Assembly: GCA_963668645.2 (NCBI GenBank)
Contig: CAXXWC010000019.1
Coordinates: 160,001-224,000, forward strand
Source of the DNA: Desulfobacterales bacterium
Lineage (GTDB): Bacteria > Desulfobacterota > Desulfobacteria > Desulfobacterales > UBA2174
Reading direction: 5' to 3'
DNA length: 64,000 nt
Part shown: piece by piece, positions 49,491-63,680 of the stretch
Position numbering within the stretch: position 1 is the first letter of the stretch
Layout: the number at the start of each line of letters is the position of its first letter
Made by a program: the position numbers and the translations under genes
The notes under the pieces: generated by a model
The model's database searches: none
The model's input: the letters and a program-made list of their open reading frames with translations, nothing else
What the model was told of the DNA's origin: nothing

Positions 49491-52400
49491 GTGAGGCTAA
49501 TCCCCAAGAAAATTTTTCGTACCCTGTTTAATTTTAGAGCGCATCTCGGCAAGACCGGTCAGACACAAATATCAGCCGGCAATGAGCCGCCTCTGCGCGA
49601 GGAACTGTTCAGTAACGATCAGATGAAGGTGCACGGCAGGGTGCTGGCAGAATCGCACAAGCTGAGTTCGGCACGTGCTTCAGCACGACTTCTGACGCGC
49701 CTGGCGGAGAATGAAGCGATCTTGATCGGCGCCCGGAATCTGCTGACTGAGGCGGTCCTGGCCAATCTCAGGATCGCCCCGGCCGGCGAATGGCTGCTCG
49801 ACAACTTCTATTTGATCGAGGAGCAGATACGAACGGCCAGGCGGCATTTGCCCAAGGGGTACAGCCGGGAACTGCCGCGTCTGCTGAATGCCCCCCTGGC
49901 CGGGCTTCCCCGAGTGTACGACATCGCCCTGGAGATTATCGCGCACGGAGATGGACGGGTGGATCCGGAAAATCTGAGCAGTTTCGTGGCGGCCTATCAG
50001 TCGGTGACCATCCTAAAGATCGGTGAATTGTGGGCCATCCCCATCATGCTGCGCCTATCGCTGATAGAGAATCTGCGCCGGGTCGCCGCCCGGATCACCG
50101 CGGGCAGGATCGAGCGCAACCGGGCCAAGCACTGGGCCGATCTGATGACTGAGATCACCGCGCGGGACCCCAAGAGCCTGATTCTGGCTGTCGCCGACAT
50201 GGCACGCGCGAAGCCCCTGATGGTGAGCGCGTTTGTTGCCGAGCTGACGCGCTGCCTGCAAAGCCAAGGCTCCGCTCTATCCCTGCCGCTCAACTGGATT
50301 GAACAGCGACTGTCCGAGTCCGGCCAGACCATCGAACAACTGGTGCACATGGAGACCCAACAACAAGCGGCGGATCAGGTTTCCATGAGCAACAGCATCG
50401 GCAGCCTGCGTTTCCTGGGTGCGATGGAGTGGCGCGAGTTCGTCGAAACGATGAGCATTGTCGAGCAGACCCTGCGTGAAGATCCTGGAGACGTATACGG
50501 CAAGATGGATTTTTCCACCCGTGATCGCTACCGTCACGTCGTGGAGAGGATTGCCAAACGCAGCCCGCACTCGGAAAACGAGGTAGCACGCCAGGCGATC
50601 CATCTGGCGCAAGCGTGCGCAGTCAGGAAAGGCGGCCAAGACCGTGCGGCGCATGTCGGGTTCTACTTGATCGACGAGGGACTGACCCGGCTTGAACGCA
50701 TGGCGCAGGTGCGCTTGTCGTCCGTTGAAATTCTGCGCAAAATCGGTCGCCGGTTTTCCTTGCTGTTCTATGGCGGCACCATTCTGCTGCTGACGGCAAT
50801 TTTCTCCGGCTTTTTCGCGACCAGGGGGTATACCGCCGGATTGCCGGTTTGGGCGCTGGGCTTGTTCGGATTGCTCTGGCTTGTGTGCACCAGTCATCTG
50901 GCGGTGGCCCTGGTGAACTGGCTGGCAGCGGCACTGGCGACGCCGCTTCCGCTGCCGCGCATGGATTTTTCCCATGGAATTCCCTCGCAATTGCGCACGT
51001 TGGTGGTGGTCCCGGCGATGCTCACGAGCACTCAAAACATCGAGGAACTGATCGAGGCGCTGGAAGTCCGCTTCCTGGCCAATCGGGATGACCACCTCCA
51101 CTTCGGTCTGCTGACCGACTTTCGTGATGCCGCAGCAGAAACACTACCGGAAGACGAATCGCTGTTGTGGTTGGCCCGTCACCGAATCGAGGATTTGAAT
51201 CGCAAATACCGGCGTTTGGAAGTTGACCGCTTCTTCCTGTTTCATCGCCCGCGTCGATGGAACCCGCGCGACAGGATCTGGATGGGCTACGAGCGCAAGC
51301 GCGGCAAACTCACGGATTTAAATACGCTTCTGCGCGGTGAGGCCCACGGCACCGCGATGGATCGCTTCGCGCTCGTGGTTGGGGAAACCAGGGTCTTATC
51401 GAACGTCAAGTATGTGATCACCCTGGATACCGACACCCAACTGGCTCGCGATTCAGCATGGCAGTTTGTGGGGGCCATGGCGCACCCACTCAATCGTGCG
51501 CGTTACGACCAGACGAAACAACGCGTTGTTGCAGGATACGGCATCCTCCAGCCACGGGTGGCAGTGAGCCTTTCCGGCAAAAACCGGTCACGGTATGCGC
51601 ACATGTGCGCCAGTGAGCCCGGCATCGATCCCTATACCCGCGCTGTTTCCGATGTTTACCAGGACCTGTTCGGTGAAGGCTCATTCATCGGCAAGGGCAT
51701 TTATGAGGTGGATGCCTTCGAACAGGCCTTGGCGGGGCGTTTCCCGGACAACCGGATACTCAGCCACGATCTTCTGGAAGGCTGTTATGCCCGGGCCGGA
51801 TTGCTCAGCGATGTCCAGTTGTACGAGGAATATCCATCCAGCTACAGGTCGGATGTGAGCCGCCGGCATCGTTGGATTCGCGGCGATTGGCAGATTGCAC
51901 GCTGGCTGTTGCCAGATATTCCTGTCCCTGATAGGCGACGGCGAAAAAATTCGCTCTCAATGCTATCCCGCTGGAAGATCTTCGACAACCTGCGACGCAG
52001 TCTGGTGGCCGCGGCATTGACCCTCCTGCTGTTGTCGGGCTGGATTTTTTTCCCATCGCCGTGCTTCTGGACCTTGGCGGTGATCGGCATCATCTTGGTT
52101 CCTGCTTTATTCGCCTCGACCCTGAAGATGATACAGAAGTCCAACGATGTGACTCTGGGACAGCACTTCGCTGCCGAAGCGCACACAGCCCTCCGGAACC
52201 TTGGTCAAGCTCTATTCACGCTCGTATGTCTTCCATATGAAGGGTTTTTCAGCCTGGATGCCATGGCGCGTGCCGGTTGGCGGATGCTGATTTCACACAA
52301 ACGGCTGCTCCAATGGGATCTGTCGGACGACTCGGACCGCAAGAACGGCACGGGCTTGGCCGACTCCTGGCGAACCATGTGGTTTGCCCCCGCTCTGGCT

Positions 52401-55400
52401 GCCGCTACTGGGATTTATCTGATCATTTCAAGGCCGGCATCCCTTGCCGTCGCAGGAGCTATCCTGGGCCTCTGGCTGGCATCTCCGGCTATCGCATGGT
52501 GGATCAGCCAACCACTCGCTCACCTCCGGGAAAGGCTAACGACGGATCAGACCTTCTTTCTACGCCGGCTTGCCCGCAAAACCTGGGCGTTTTTCGAGAC
52601 CTTCATCGGTCCGCAAGATCATTGGCTACCGCCGGACAACTATCAGGAGCACCCCGATCCCGTGGTTGCCCACCGCACATCGCCGACCAACATGGGCCTC
52701 GCGCTGCTGGCCAATTTGTCCGCCTGCGACTTCGGCTACCTTTCGGCCGGAAAGCTTCTCGAACGGACCACGAAGGCCTTCCACACCATGCAGACCCTGC
52801 AACGGTACCAGGGCCACTTCTACAACTGGTATGACACACAATCCCTGCAACCACTGCCGCCGCTCTATATTTCGTCGGTGGACAGCGGGAACCTGGCAGG
52901 GCATTTGCTGACACTTCAGCCGGGTTTGCTCGCCCTTGCCGATCACAAGATTCTATCGCTGCGCTTGTTGGATGGCCTTGGCGACACCCTCGGCATTGTC
53001 GCCGATGCTGCGGCCGCCACTGCGAATGCAGATGCGCCGGCCCGGCTCGCCGGGCTTCAACAGGCCCTGGCGTCCGCGGCCTGTTCCCAACCCGCTACCC
53101 TCATGGCGTGGAGATTGGTCCTGGATCGGTTGACAACCGCGGCCGCGGAATTGGAGGCCGGCATCGAAGCTCTCGACGCGGACCCTGAAAGCCAGTTTAG
53201 ATGGTGGGTCCGTGCCTTCGCCGGGCAATGTCGTGATGCCCTCGATGAACTCAACTTTCTTGCACCGTGGACAGAGCGCTTTTCTTCTCCGAACAACCTC
53301 GGCAACTTTCCCGATCTCGAAGCGATCCCAACCCTGCGCGAACTAGCGCTTCTGGACGAAAAAATCCAGGCGGCCATCGCGCAGCGACTGAACTTTTCTG
53401 CAACGCCGGAGGAAACCGTTTGGCTCAGTGAACTTCAGCGTCTCATCACGGCAGCCAGTCGACGCGCCCAAACAAGAATTGCGGCGATCGAAAAGCTTGC
53501 TCTGCAATGCGATACACTCGCCCGGATGGACTACGGCTTTCTTTTTGACGAGAAGCGTCATCTACTGGCCATCGGCTACAATGTAGGTGAACATCGACGC
53601 GACGCCAGTTACTACGATCTGCTGGCTTCGGAAGCACGGTTTACCAGTTTCGTGGGGGTTGCCCAAGGACAGCTGCCGCAAGAAAGCTGGTTCGCCCTGG
53701 CCCGTTTGCTCACCATCGCCGGAGGAGACCCGATCTTGCTGTCGTGGAGCGGCTCGATGTTCGAATACCTGATGCCGCTGCTGGTGATGCCGACATACGA
53801 ACATACGCTACTCGATCAGACCTGCAAAACCGCAGTGGAAAGGCAAATCGCCTACGGGAAAAGGCGCGGTGTTCCTTGGGGCATTTCCGAATGCGGGTAC
53901 AACGCCATCGATGTGCATTTCAACTACCAGTACCGCGCTTTCGGCGTACCCGGGCTTGGGCTCAAAAGGGGTCTTGCCGAGGACTTGGTGATTGCGCCTT
54001 ATGCCTCGGCCCTGGCCCTGATGGTAGCGCCCGAGCGGGCGTGCCTGAATCTTGAGCGACTTTCGGCCGAAGGCTTTGAAACCCGCTATGGCTTTTTTGA
54101 AGCCATCGATTACACGCCGTCACGTCTGCCGCCCGGCCAATCGAACGCCATTGTTCGGTCCTTCATGGCCCATCACCAGGGCATGAGCCTGCTGTCATTG
54201 GCCAGCGTGCTCCTGGACCGGCCGATGCAAAAGCGGTTCGAGTCGGTTCCTTCGTTCCAAGCGACCATGCTGTTGCTCCAGGAACGAATCCCCAAGGCGT
54301 CGGCATTCTATACGCATACCACCGAGCTTTCCGAGCACCATTTGGTTTCCGCTGCTCCTGAAACGCCGATTCGCGTTTTCACAAGCCCCGACACGCCGAA
54401 CCCGGAAGTACAGCTGCTGTCCAACGGGCGCTACCACGTGATGGTCACCAATGCCGGAGGCGGCTACAGCCGCTGGAAGGATTTGGCCGTTACCCGTTGG
54501 CGCGAAGACCGCACCTGCGACAACTGGGGCACGTTTTGTTACATCCGCGACGTGACCAGCAAGGCGTTCTGGTCGACTGCGTGCCAACCGACACTCAACC
54601 GGTCCAGGCAATTTGAGGCCATCTTCTCGGAAGGGCGAGCCGAGTTCCGTTCCCGCGACCACGGCTATGACACCCATTCCGAGATCGCGGTTTCGATCGA
54701 GGATGACATCGAGCTGCGCCGCGCGCGCATCACCAACCGCGCGCGGAAGCGCCGGGCCATCGACGTGACCAGTTATGCGGAAGTGGTCCTGGCGCCCCCT
54801 GCTGCGGACGCCCTGCACCCGGCCTTCAGCAATCTGTTCGTGCAGACCGAGATCATCCGGCACCAGCAGGCGATTCTGTGCACGCGCCGGCCCCGCTCGC
54901 AGGGCGAGCAGTCCCCCTGGATGCTGCACCTGATGGCCGTGCATGGCGTACAAGTCGAAGACGTCTCCTATGAGACCGACCGCATGCGGTTCATCGGCCG
55001 TGGCAACACCGTTGCCGATCCGCAGGCGGTGCTCGGGGTCGGCGACTTTTATACGGGAGCGCTCTCGGGCAGCGAGGGCTCCGTGCTCGACCCGATTGTC
55101 GCTATCCGCCAACGAATAATCCTGGATCCCGAGGCCTCGGCAACGATCAACATCGTCTCCGGCATTGCCGAATCACGTGGCGCCGCCTTGCGCCTGGTGG
55201 AAAAGTACCAGGATCGGCGTTTGGCCGATCGCGTGTTCGACCTGGCCTGGACCCATGGCCAGGTGCTGCTGCGCCAGTTGAATGCGTCACTGGCCGACGC
55301 ACAGCTCTATGGGCGCCTGGCCGGAGCGATCATCTATGCCAACAGCTCCCTTAGAGCCGACCCGGGCGTGCTCATCAAGAACCGGCGGGGACAGTCCGGT

Positions 55401-58287
55401 CTCTGGGGATACGCCATTTCCGGCGATCTGCCGATCGTGCTGCTGTGCATCAAGGATGCGGCCAATATCGAGCTGGTGCGTCATTTGGTTCAGGCGCACG
55501 CCTACTGGCGCCTGAAAGGACTGGCCGTGGACCTGGTGATCTGGAACGAAGATCGTGCCGGCTACCGGCAGCTTCTTCACGATCAGATCATGGGCATCAT
55601 CGCCGCTGGTACCGAAACCGGACTGACCGATCGGCCCGGCGGCATTTTTGTCAGATCCTCGGACCAGATCGCCGAGGAGGACCGCATTTTGATCCAATCG
55701 GTGGCCCGCGCCATCATCACCGACGGTGGCGGGTCGCTGGCGGATCAACTCAACCGGCGCAGTCCGGGCGAGGCAGCGGTGCCGCTGCTGCAGGCCCCGA
55801 CCCGCACCCACCACTCCCACCCCCCGGCCGTGGCCGCATTGCCGCGCGACGATCTTACCTTTTTCAACGGGACGGGCGGTTTTACGCCGGACGGACGCGA
55901 ATATGTGATTACTACCGCCTGCGGGCAGGTAACGCCGGCACCCTGGGTGAATGTGCTGGCCAATCCGCATTTTGGCACCGTCGTATCCGAAAGCGGTCTG
56001 GCCTGCACCTGGAACGAAAACGCCCACGCATTCCGCCTGACACCCTGGGCCAACGATCCGGTCGGTGATACGCGCGGAGAGGCCTTCTACCTGCGCGATG
56101 AAGAGCGCGGCCACTTCTGGTCGCCCGCGCCCCTGCCCCGCCGCGGCGCGACGCCGTATGTCACTCGGCACGGCTTCGGCTACAGCGTCTTCGAGCACAC
56201 CGAACGCGGCATTCATTCGGAGTTGTGGGTTTACGTGGCCCTGGACGCGGCGGTCAAGTTCACGGTGCTCAAAGTACGCAACACGTCGGGTCGAGCCCGC
56301 CGGCTCTCGGTCACCGGCTACCTGGAATGGGTGCTGGGCGACTTGCGCCAGAACACCGGCATGCATGTCATCACCGAAACCGACCTCTACAGTGGCGCCC
56401 TGTTGGCACGCAACCCCTACAACACGGAGTTCCGGCAGCGGGTGGCGTTCTTCGCCGTGGACGATGCATCGTGCACCCTCACCGGCGATCGAACCGAATT
56501 TTTAGGACGCAACGGCAACCTGCAACGCCCGGCCGCGATGATGCGCCCCCACCTTTCCGGCAAGGTGGGGGCCTCTCTGGATCCCTGCGCCGCGATTCAG
56601 GTGAAACTCGATCTGGCCGACGGCCAGGAGCAGGAGGTCGTTTTCCGACTTGGCGCCGGGCGCGATGCCGACGATGCCCGCAATCTGCTTCATCGATCAC
56701 GCGGATCCACCGCCGCACGAGCCGCCCTCGAAGCGGTGTGGCGGCACTGGACCCATACCCTGGGCGCGGTCAATGTGGAAACGCCCGATCCGTCCCTGAA
56801 TATGCTGGCCAACGGCTGGCTGTTGTACCAGACCATAGCCTGCCGGCTTTGGGCCCGCAGTGCCACCTACCAGCCGGGGGGAGCCTTCGGTTTCCGCGAT
56901 CAACTGCAGGACGTGATGGCGCTGGTCCACGCCGAGCCGCATCTCTTGCGCGCGCACCTACTCCTGTGTGCATCCCGTCAATTCCCGGAGGGCGATGTGC
57001 AGCATTGGTGGCATCCGCCGACGGGACGAGGGGTGCGCACACGCTGTTCGGACGATTACCTCTGGCTACCCCTCGCGACATGCCGCTATGTCCTTGTCAC
57101 CGGGGACACCGGTGTCCTTGATGAGCCTATCCACTTTCTCCAGGGCCGGCCGCTAAAAACGGATGAGGAATCCGATTACGATTTGCCCGGACGTTCGGAA
57201 AAGACGGCCAGCCTCTACGAGCATTGTGTGCGCGCCATCGAGAATGGTCTCAACTTCGGCGGGCACGGCCTGCCGCTTATCGGGTCGGGTGACTGGAACG
57301 ACGGTATGAACCTCGTGGGCGCGGGCGGCAAGGGGGAAAGCGTCTGGTTGGGATTTTTGCTGTATGACGTGCTCATGCGCTTCATCGAAGTGGCACGGGC
57401 ACGGGGAGACGCAGTCTTTGTCGAACGCTGCCGCGGAGAGGCGAGTCGCCTGCGTCGCAATCTCGAGGAACATGGCTGGGACGGTGAGTGGTACCGGCGC
57501 GCCTATTTCGACAATGGCACGCCGCTCGGATCGGCAGACAATCCCGAGTGCCGGATCGACTCGATTGCCCAGAGCTGGTCCGTGCTTTCGGGGGCAGGTG
57601 ATCATGAACGTTCTCGTGTGGCCATGGAAGCGGTGGATGCACACCTTGTCCGCGGCGAGGAGGGGCTGGTCCAGCTTCTGGACCCGCCTTTCGACAAATC
57701 GGCCCTGAACCCCGGCTATATCAAAGGCTATGTCCCCGGCGTGCGGGGAAAACGGCGGCCAGTACACCCATGCGGCCATCTGGGCCGCGATGGCCTTCGC
57801 CCGCCTGGGGGACCCCCGGTGCGCCTGGAAGGTTTTTCGCATGATCAACCCGGTGAACCATGCCCGGTCGGCCGAGAAGGCCGCCATCTACAAGGTGGAA
57901 CCTTACGTCGTTGCCGCCGACGTCTACGCGGTGCCGCCGCACACCGGCCGCGGCGGCTGGACCTGGTACACGGGATCGGCCGCATGGATGTATCGGCTCA
58001 TCTTGGAATCCCTTCTGGGGCTCAAACGCCAGGGAAACAAGCTGTGGTTTGCACCGTGCCTGCCAGCAGATTGGGAGGGCTTCAAGATGCATTACCGTTA
58101 CCGGGAGACCGTTTACCACATCACCGTCCGGCAACTTGCCGCCGGCAAGGGGAGGATGCCTCTATGCCTGGATTGCATCGAGCAACCCGATCAGGCCATC
58201 CTGCTTGTCGATGACAATAAGGAACACCAGGTCGAGGTGCGGGTACCGGCGCTTGAGCATCCGGACCGTCTTGAAGTATTGTGCTGA
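49491..58287 (+). CDS. ndvB: Cyclic beta-1,2-glucan synthase (GT84 plus GH94-like phosphorylase) with one frameshift near the 3' end
   Basis: EWLLDNFY, WMGYERKRGKL, LSHDLLEG, RWIRGDWQ, YDLLASEAR, FGFRDQLQD, GDWNDGMN; GYVPGVR|ENGGQYTH split at 57745-57748. Confidence 0.88.
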
Positions 58288-58306
58288 AAATAGGGGCAAC
58301 CGTGCC

Positions 58307-58734
58307 GTGACCCAGATGATTCCAAACAATCAGGTTTCCCTGCTGCAAAACGGCGAGGTTTATTTTCCAGCGATCGAAGCAGCGCTGGACCGGGCGATCG
58401 ATAAAATTTATCTGGAAGCTTATATTTTTACATATGACGCTACCGGACGACGCATTGCAAAAGCGCTCAAACGGGCGGCGGTTCGCGGTGTGATAACCCA
58501 CCTTCTGATCGATGGATTCGGCTCGATCGGTCTGCCGAAAAGCATTGTAGATGATCTTGAGACGGCCGGTGTTATGGTGCTGAAATTTCGACCCAAAACC
58601 TCGCCTTGGACGCTGCACCGTCGGAGATTGCGCCGTCTGCACCGGAAAATTGTGGTCGTAGACAGAGAGATTGCTTTTGTTGGCGGCATTAATATTGTCG
58701 ATGATATGGGTGTGGCCAATCAAAAATCAAACTT
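58307..58734 (+). pseudogene. clsB: Cardiolipin synthase ClsB-like gene truncated by IS
   Basis: NQVSLLQNGEVYFP, IDGFGS, first HKD motif LHRKIVVVD..AFVGGIN; second half missing. Confidence 0.82.
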
Positions 58735-60613
58735 GATTTCATCGTAAAAAATAGTCATCGTCTAACACATTAAAAAATTAACACAAAAACTTTCAAAACT
58801 TCTTGACTAGCTCTTCCTGGCATGGCAGTATCATCAACAAATCCGATATCTTGCATCGAGGAAGACATGCTGAAAGCAAAAAACCGAAAATAACAACATT
58901 TGTTCGACCCCTGGCAGTTTCTGAGCCCCAAACGCCGCGAAAATCTCGACGGCAATTGGCCGGGGTTTTTCCGGGAGCATGTGCTGGACTTGCTGCCGGT
59001 GGAAAAGCTCGGGTTGCTTTTTCCGCAAGACCGGGGGCGGCCGACCAAGGAGATGTACACGGTTTTGGGCACCCTGGCCCTCCAGCAGTACCACGATTTG
59101 ACCGACAGGCAAGCCTGCGATCAACTAATGTACAACATTCAGTGGCACTATGCCCTTGACATCGTAGAAGAAAGCGACGAAGCTAAATACATCTGCCCCA
59201 AGACGCTGTGGAACATGCGCACTTTGGCCACCGAGCTTAAGATCGATACCGACCTGTTCGACGCCGTGGCCGTCAAGTTGGCCGACGTGTTCAAAGTCGA
59301 TACCGGTCACCAGCGCATCGACTCGGTTCACACCCGCTCCAACATGGCCCGTCTCGGGCGCATCGGGATTTTCGTCAAAGGCATCGACCGGTTTTCAGTC
59401 AACCTCAAGCGCCACCACCCGATCCTGTACGGCCGTATCGATGAGGAACTGATCCAGCGCTACCAGGGCGAAAAGGCCAGGCAGTGCTTTGCCGGGGTCA
59501 AGCCCTCGGAGTCCAAGAGGGTGTTGTGCGAGGTGGCCGGTGACCCAGTTCGAGTCCAACCGGCAGGTGGCCGATATGCGCAGCTACAAGCTGCTTTGCC
59601 GGATCGCCAAAGACCAGTTGGAGGTGCGCGAAGACGGCACCATCGAGGTCAAGGCGCCCAAACAGATTCCTTCCGATTCGCTGCAAAACCCATCGGATCC
59701 GGATGCCACTTACAGCGGCCACAAAGGCCAGGGCTACCAGGTCCAGATCATGGAGACTTACAGCGCGCACGAAGATGGCGCCAAGGACCCGGGCCAGTTG
59801 AATCTGATCACCTACGTCGAGGTGGAACCGGCTTGCAACAGTGATGCGCAGGCGCTGCTGCCGGCCATCGAAGCGACCCTGGCGGTCTTGCCCCCGAACA
59901 GGTTCAGGCAGATTCCCTTTACGGTTCGGATGAAAACTGCCAACAGGCCGCCGAGTTGGGTGTCGAGGTGATCAGTCCCACGATGGGGGTCGAAAAGAGC
60001 GAATCAGGCAGCCTGAGCGCCTTTCAGTTCCTCTCAAGTGGACATGTGGATAAATGCCCTGCCGGCCACGAACCGGTTTTGCGCAAGAAGAAAAAGGATC
60101 GCTACACCCAGGGCTTTGCAATCGACCTGTGCGACAGATGCCCACTGGCATCCGACTGCGCCGCCAAAAAGAAGGTCCGGTTCTTCTACCTGCATTACAC
60201 GGAAAAGAACCTTCGCATCGCAAGGCGTCGGCAGCATGAGCAGACCGAAGCGTTCCGGCAAAAGTACCGCTGGCGCGCCGGGGTCGAGGCGACCATGAGC
60301 CAATACGACCGGATAACGGGCGTCAAACGACTCAGGGTGCGAGGCAAAAAAGCGGTACGCTTCGCTGCGGTCATGAAGGCTACGGCGGTCAATCTTGCCC
60401 GGGCGCTGGCGGCCCGCCATGCCCGAATGCGGGCTAAAGGGGCCAATCCCGACCGCAACCGGGGTCTTTTCCGTGTTTTTCGACTTTTCAAAGAGCGAAT
60501 CGGCGGCTTTTTCGGTTCAACTACTTCTCGGATCGCCGGGAGGCTCATGTTACGAACATATGCTCATTACCAGGCTTGATTCAAACGCCGACTCTTTTTA
60601 CGAGAGCATCAAG
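58732..60613 (+). mobile_element. IS1182-like element with decayed transposase
   Basis: IRs CTTGATTTCATCGTAAAAA / CTTGATGCTCTCGTAAAAA; GRP, RIDSVH, SDPDATY, ADSLYG, YRWRAGVEAT; TAA at 58891 and two frameshifts. Confidence 0.82.
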
Positions 60614-60674
60614 GATATTTTCTTGAACAACGGCCACAAACCGCCACTTCATACGCTACCCTTGGGGACGCGGC

Positions 60675-63667
60675 ATGTCCGGGGAAAAAACAGGCCTGAC
60701 ACCAAACCGGTCAAGACAAAATCCAAAACCAACGCCTGCCGGGCCAAAGGGGCAAGATCTCCTGCGGCCACAAACGAACGATTCCCGGTGGTCGGTTTGG
60801 GCGCGTCCGCCGGAGGGCTCGAAGCGCTGAAGTCCTTTTTTAGCATGGTGGCGGTGAACAGCGGCATGGCGTTTATCGTGGTGGTCCACATGGCTCCCAA
60901 ACAGCCGAGCCTGATGCCCGAGCTCTTGCAGAAAGTAACCCCGGTGCCGGTTTCCGTCGCCGAAGACGGACAGACCATTGAACCGGATCATATCTATGTC
61001 AATGCGCCGGACAAGGAGATCCTTGTATTCAAAGGCAAATTCCAGCTATTGGACGCTCTTGATAAACGCGCGACGCTGCCCATCGATCAATTTCTGAGAT
61101 CACTTGCCCATGATCGGAGGGCCAACGCAGCAGCGATAATTTTATCGGGCACCGGTACGGATGGCACGCTCGGCGTGAAAGCAATCAAAGCCAACGGCGG
61201 GCTGGTCCTGGTTCAATCGGAAAACTCGGCCGGTTACGACGGCATGCCCCGCAGTGCTGTCAGCAGCGGTGCGGTGGATATCATCGTGGCCCCGGAAGAG
61301 ATGCCCCAACGGCTCACCCATTATTTTTGGAGCCCCGATATGGTGCTCAAAGAACAGCCTGCTCACGCCAGTGACCAACGGAACTGGCTGAACAAGATCT
61401 TTGCCATTTTGCGAGCCCAGATCGGGCATGATTTTTCCCTGTATAAGAAAAATACGCTGCTGCGTCGCGTCCATCGCCGCATGGAACTGAACCAGATTTC
61501 ACAGCATGAGCAATATGTGCACTATTTGCGCGAAAATCCCGCCGAAGTACAAGCGCTGTTCCGTGAACTGTTGATCGGGGTGACCAGCTTTTTTCGAGAC
61601 GCCGCGTCCTTCCAAGCCCTTAAAACCGACATCCTTCCGGACCTGCTTGGCCGAATCAACGCCGACGCCACGTTCAGGGCCTGGATTCCCGGCTGCTCCA
61701 CGGGCGAAGAGGCCTATACCCTGGCTATTGTAATCCATGAGCTGCTGGACACCAACCCCAACCATATTAACCTGCAATTGTTCGGCACGGACATCGATGA
61801 TCATGCCATCGACAAAGCCAGGCAAGGGCTTTTTCCGGCGAACATCGCGGCCGATATCAGTGAGGATCGCCTGAAACGGTTTTTTATAAAAGAGGGGGAG
61901 TCGTTTCGCATCCGCAAGGAAATCAGGGACTGTGTGGTCTTCTCGGTTCAAAATCTGATCAAGGATCCGCCATTTTCGCGGCTGCATCTGCTTTGTTGCC
62001 GCAATCTGTTGATCTATCTGGACGGCGAGGCCCAAAAAAAGCTTTTACCTTTGTTCCATTATACCTTGATGCCCGAAGGCATTCTCGTGCTGGGATCTTC
62101 CGAATCCATCGGTGGGTTTTCCAACCTGTTCACGGTCCTGGACAAAAAATGGAAGATATTTAAACGGTGCGAGGTGCCGCTGGCCCTGCGCCAGCAGATC
62201 GAGTTTCCCAGCGGCCCTCCCACACCGGGCATGGCTGCGGGGGGTGCCTTGGCGGCCGTAGCAGCAGGCCCAAAAGTGAATACCGCGCAGATGATGCAAC
62301 GGGCCATCCTTGATCAGTTTGCCCCCACCGCCCTTCTCGTCGATGCCCACAGTAATATTTTGCATGTTCAGGGTCGCACCGGCAAATATCTGGAAACCCC
62401 CGGCGGCCCCCCCACGCGAAACATCCTGGATATGACCCGGGAGGGGCTGCGTAATGAGCTTTCCTCGGCCATCCGAGCGGCCAGATCGTCCGACCAACCG
62501 GTGCGCCGCCGAAACATCGCCGTAAAAATAAACGGCGGCGTTCAATTGATCGACCTGTACGTTTGTCCCCAGCATGCCCCTGAGGAGCTATCCGGGTGCT
62601 TGCTGGTGGTTTTTGAGGATGTCGAGGCCGCCGCCATCGCGCAAGGTTCCCAGCCACGCGAAGACGGTCACCGGCACCAGGAAGCCACCCGCATCGCTGA
62701 GCTGGAAAGAGAACTGCAGAGCACCCGCGAAAGCCATCAGACGACCGTCGAGGAACTGGAGTCGTCCAACGAGGAGCTCAAATCCATCAACGAAGAGATG
62801 CAGTCTTCCAACGAAGAGTTCCAGTCCACCAATGAGGAACTCGAATCTTCCAGGGAAGAACTGCAATCATTAAACGAAGAGCTGCTGACGGTCAACGCCG
62901 AGCTGCAAAGCAAGATTGATGAGCTGTCGGCGGTCCACGACGACATGCGCAATTTGCTCAATAGCACGGAGATCGCCACCATTTTCGTGGACAACTACAT
63001 GCAGATCAGGCGATTTACGTCGGGAGCGACCGCCATCATCAATCTGATCCAGACCGACATAGGGCGTCCGCTGCAGCACGTGGTCACCAATCTGTCCTAT
63101 ACGGCGATGATGGATGACCTGGGTGATGTTCTGAAAACGCTTATCCCCAGAGAGGTCGAGGTGCAGACGACGGAAGGCGCATGGTATAAGATGCGCATTC
63201 TTCCCTATCGCACCATGGATAACCGCATTGACGGCGCGGTGCTCACCTTTGCCTCCATTACTGAACAGAAACAGGCTCAACACGTACTGAGCAACGCCAA
63301 CCTGGAAATGGAGCAGGCCTGGCTGTTGATACGCAAAATCTTCGACATGAATTCCGATCCACTGGTCGTACTTGACCAGGAGGGCAAGATGATCACGGCC
63401 AATACGGCCTTTGCGGATATAATGGAAACACGCCCCGACGAAATTAAAGGCATGGATATCTTCAAAATCAACAACCACTTGATGCGGCAGACCGATTGGG
63501 CAGCCCGACTCAAAGGCGCTTTGGAAAAGGGAGAGAACTTCCAGATCAGCTCAGGTCATATATTTCCATCAGAAAAGACAGCTCCATACCTGATGTTGGG
63601 CCAAGTCATTCGACCAGACGATGATTGGCCCTGTCGCATCCTGCTGCGGTTGGTAAAGGAAGGCTGA
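60675..63667 (+). CDS. CheB methylesterase - CheR methyltransferase - PAS fusion (start uncertain)
   Basis: GASAGG, VVH, LSGTGTDG; IGVTSFFRD, GCSTGEE, CRNLLIY; NEEL heptads; PAS domains. Confidence 0.88.
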
Positions 63668-63680
63668 AAGGACGCAGAAA

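Noticed and set aside
57746..57752. G-GGA-AAA as a programmed -1 frameshift in cgs
   Set aside because: The conserved continuation is in the +1 frame, so a -1 slip would not restore it
60395..60674. N-terminal extension of the CheBR ORF given in the track
   Set aside because: Mostly an alternative frame of the IS end; not part of a CheB domain
62749..62886. 21-nt periodic sequence
   Set aside because: Encodes the NEEL heptad coiled coil of CheBR; not a CRISPR array or VNTR
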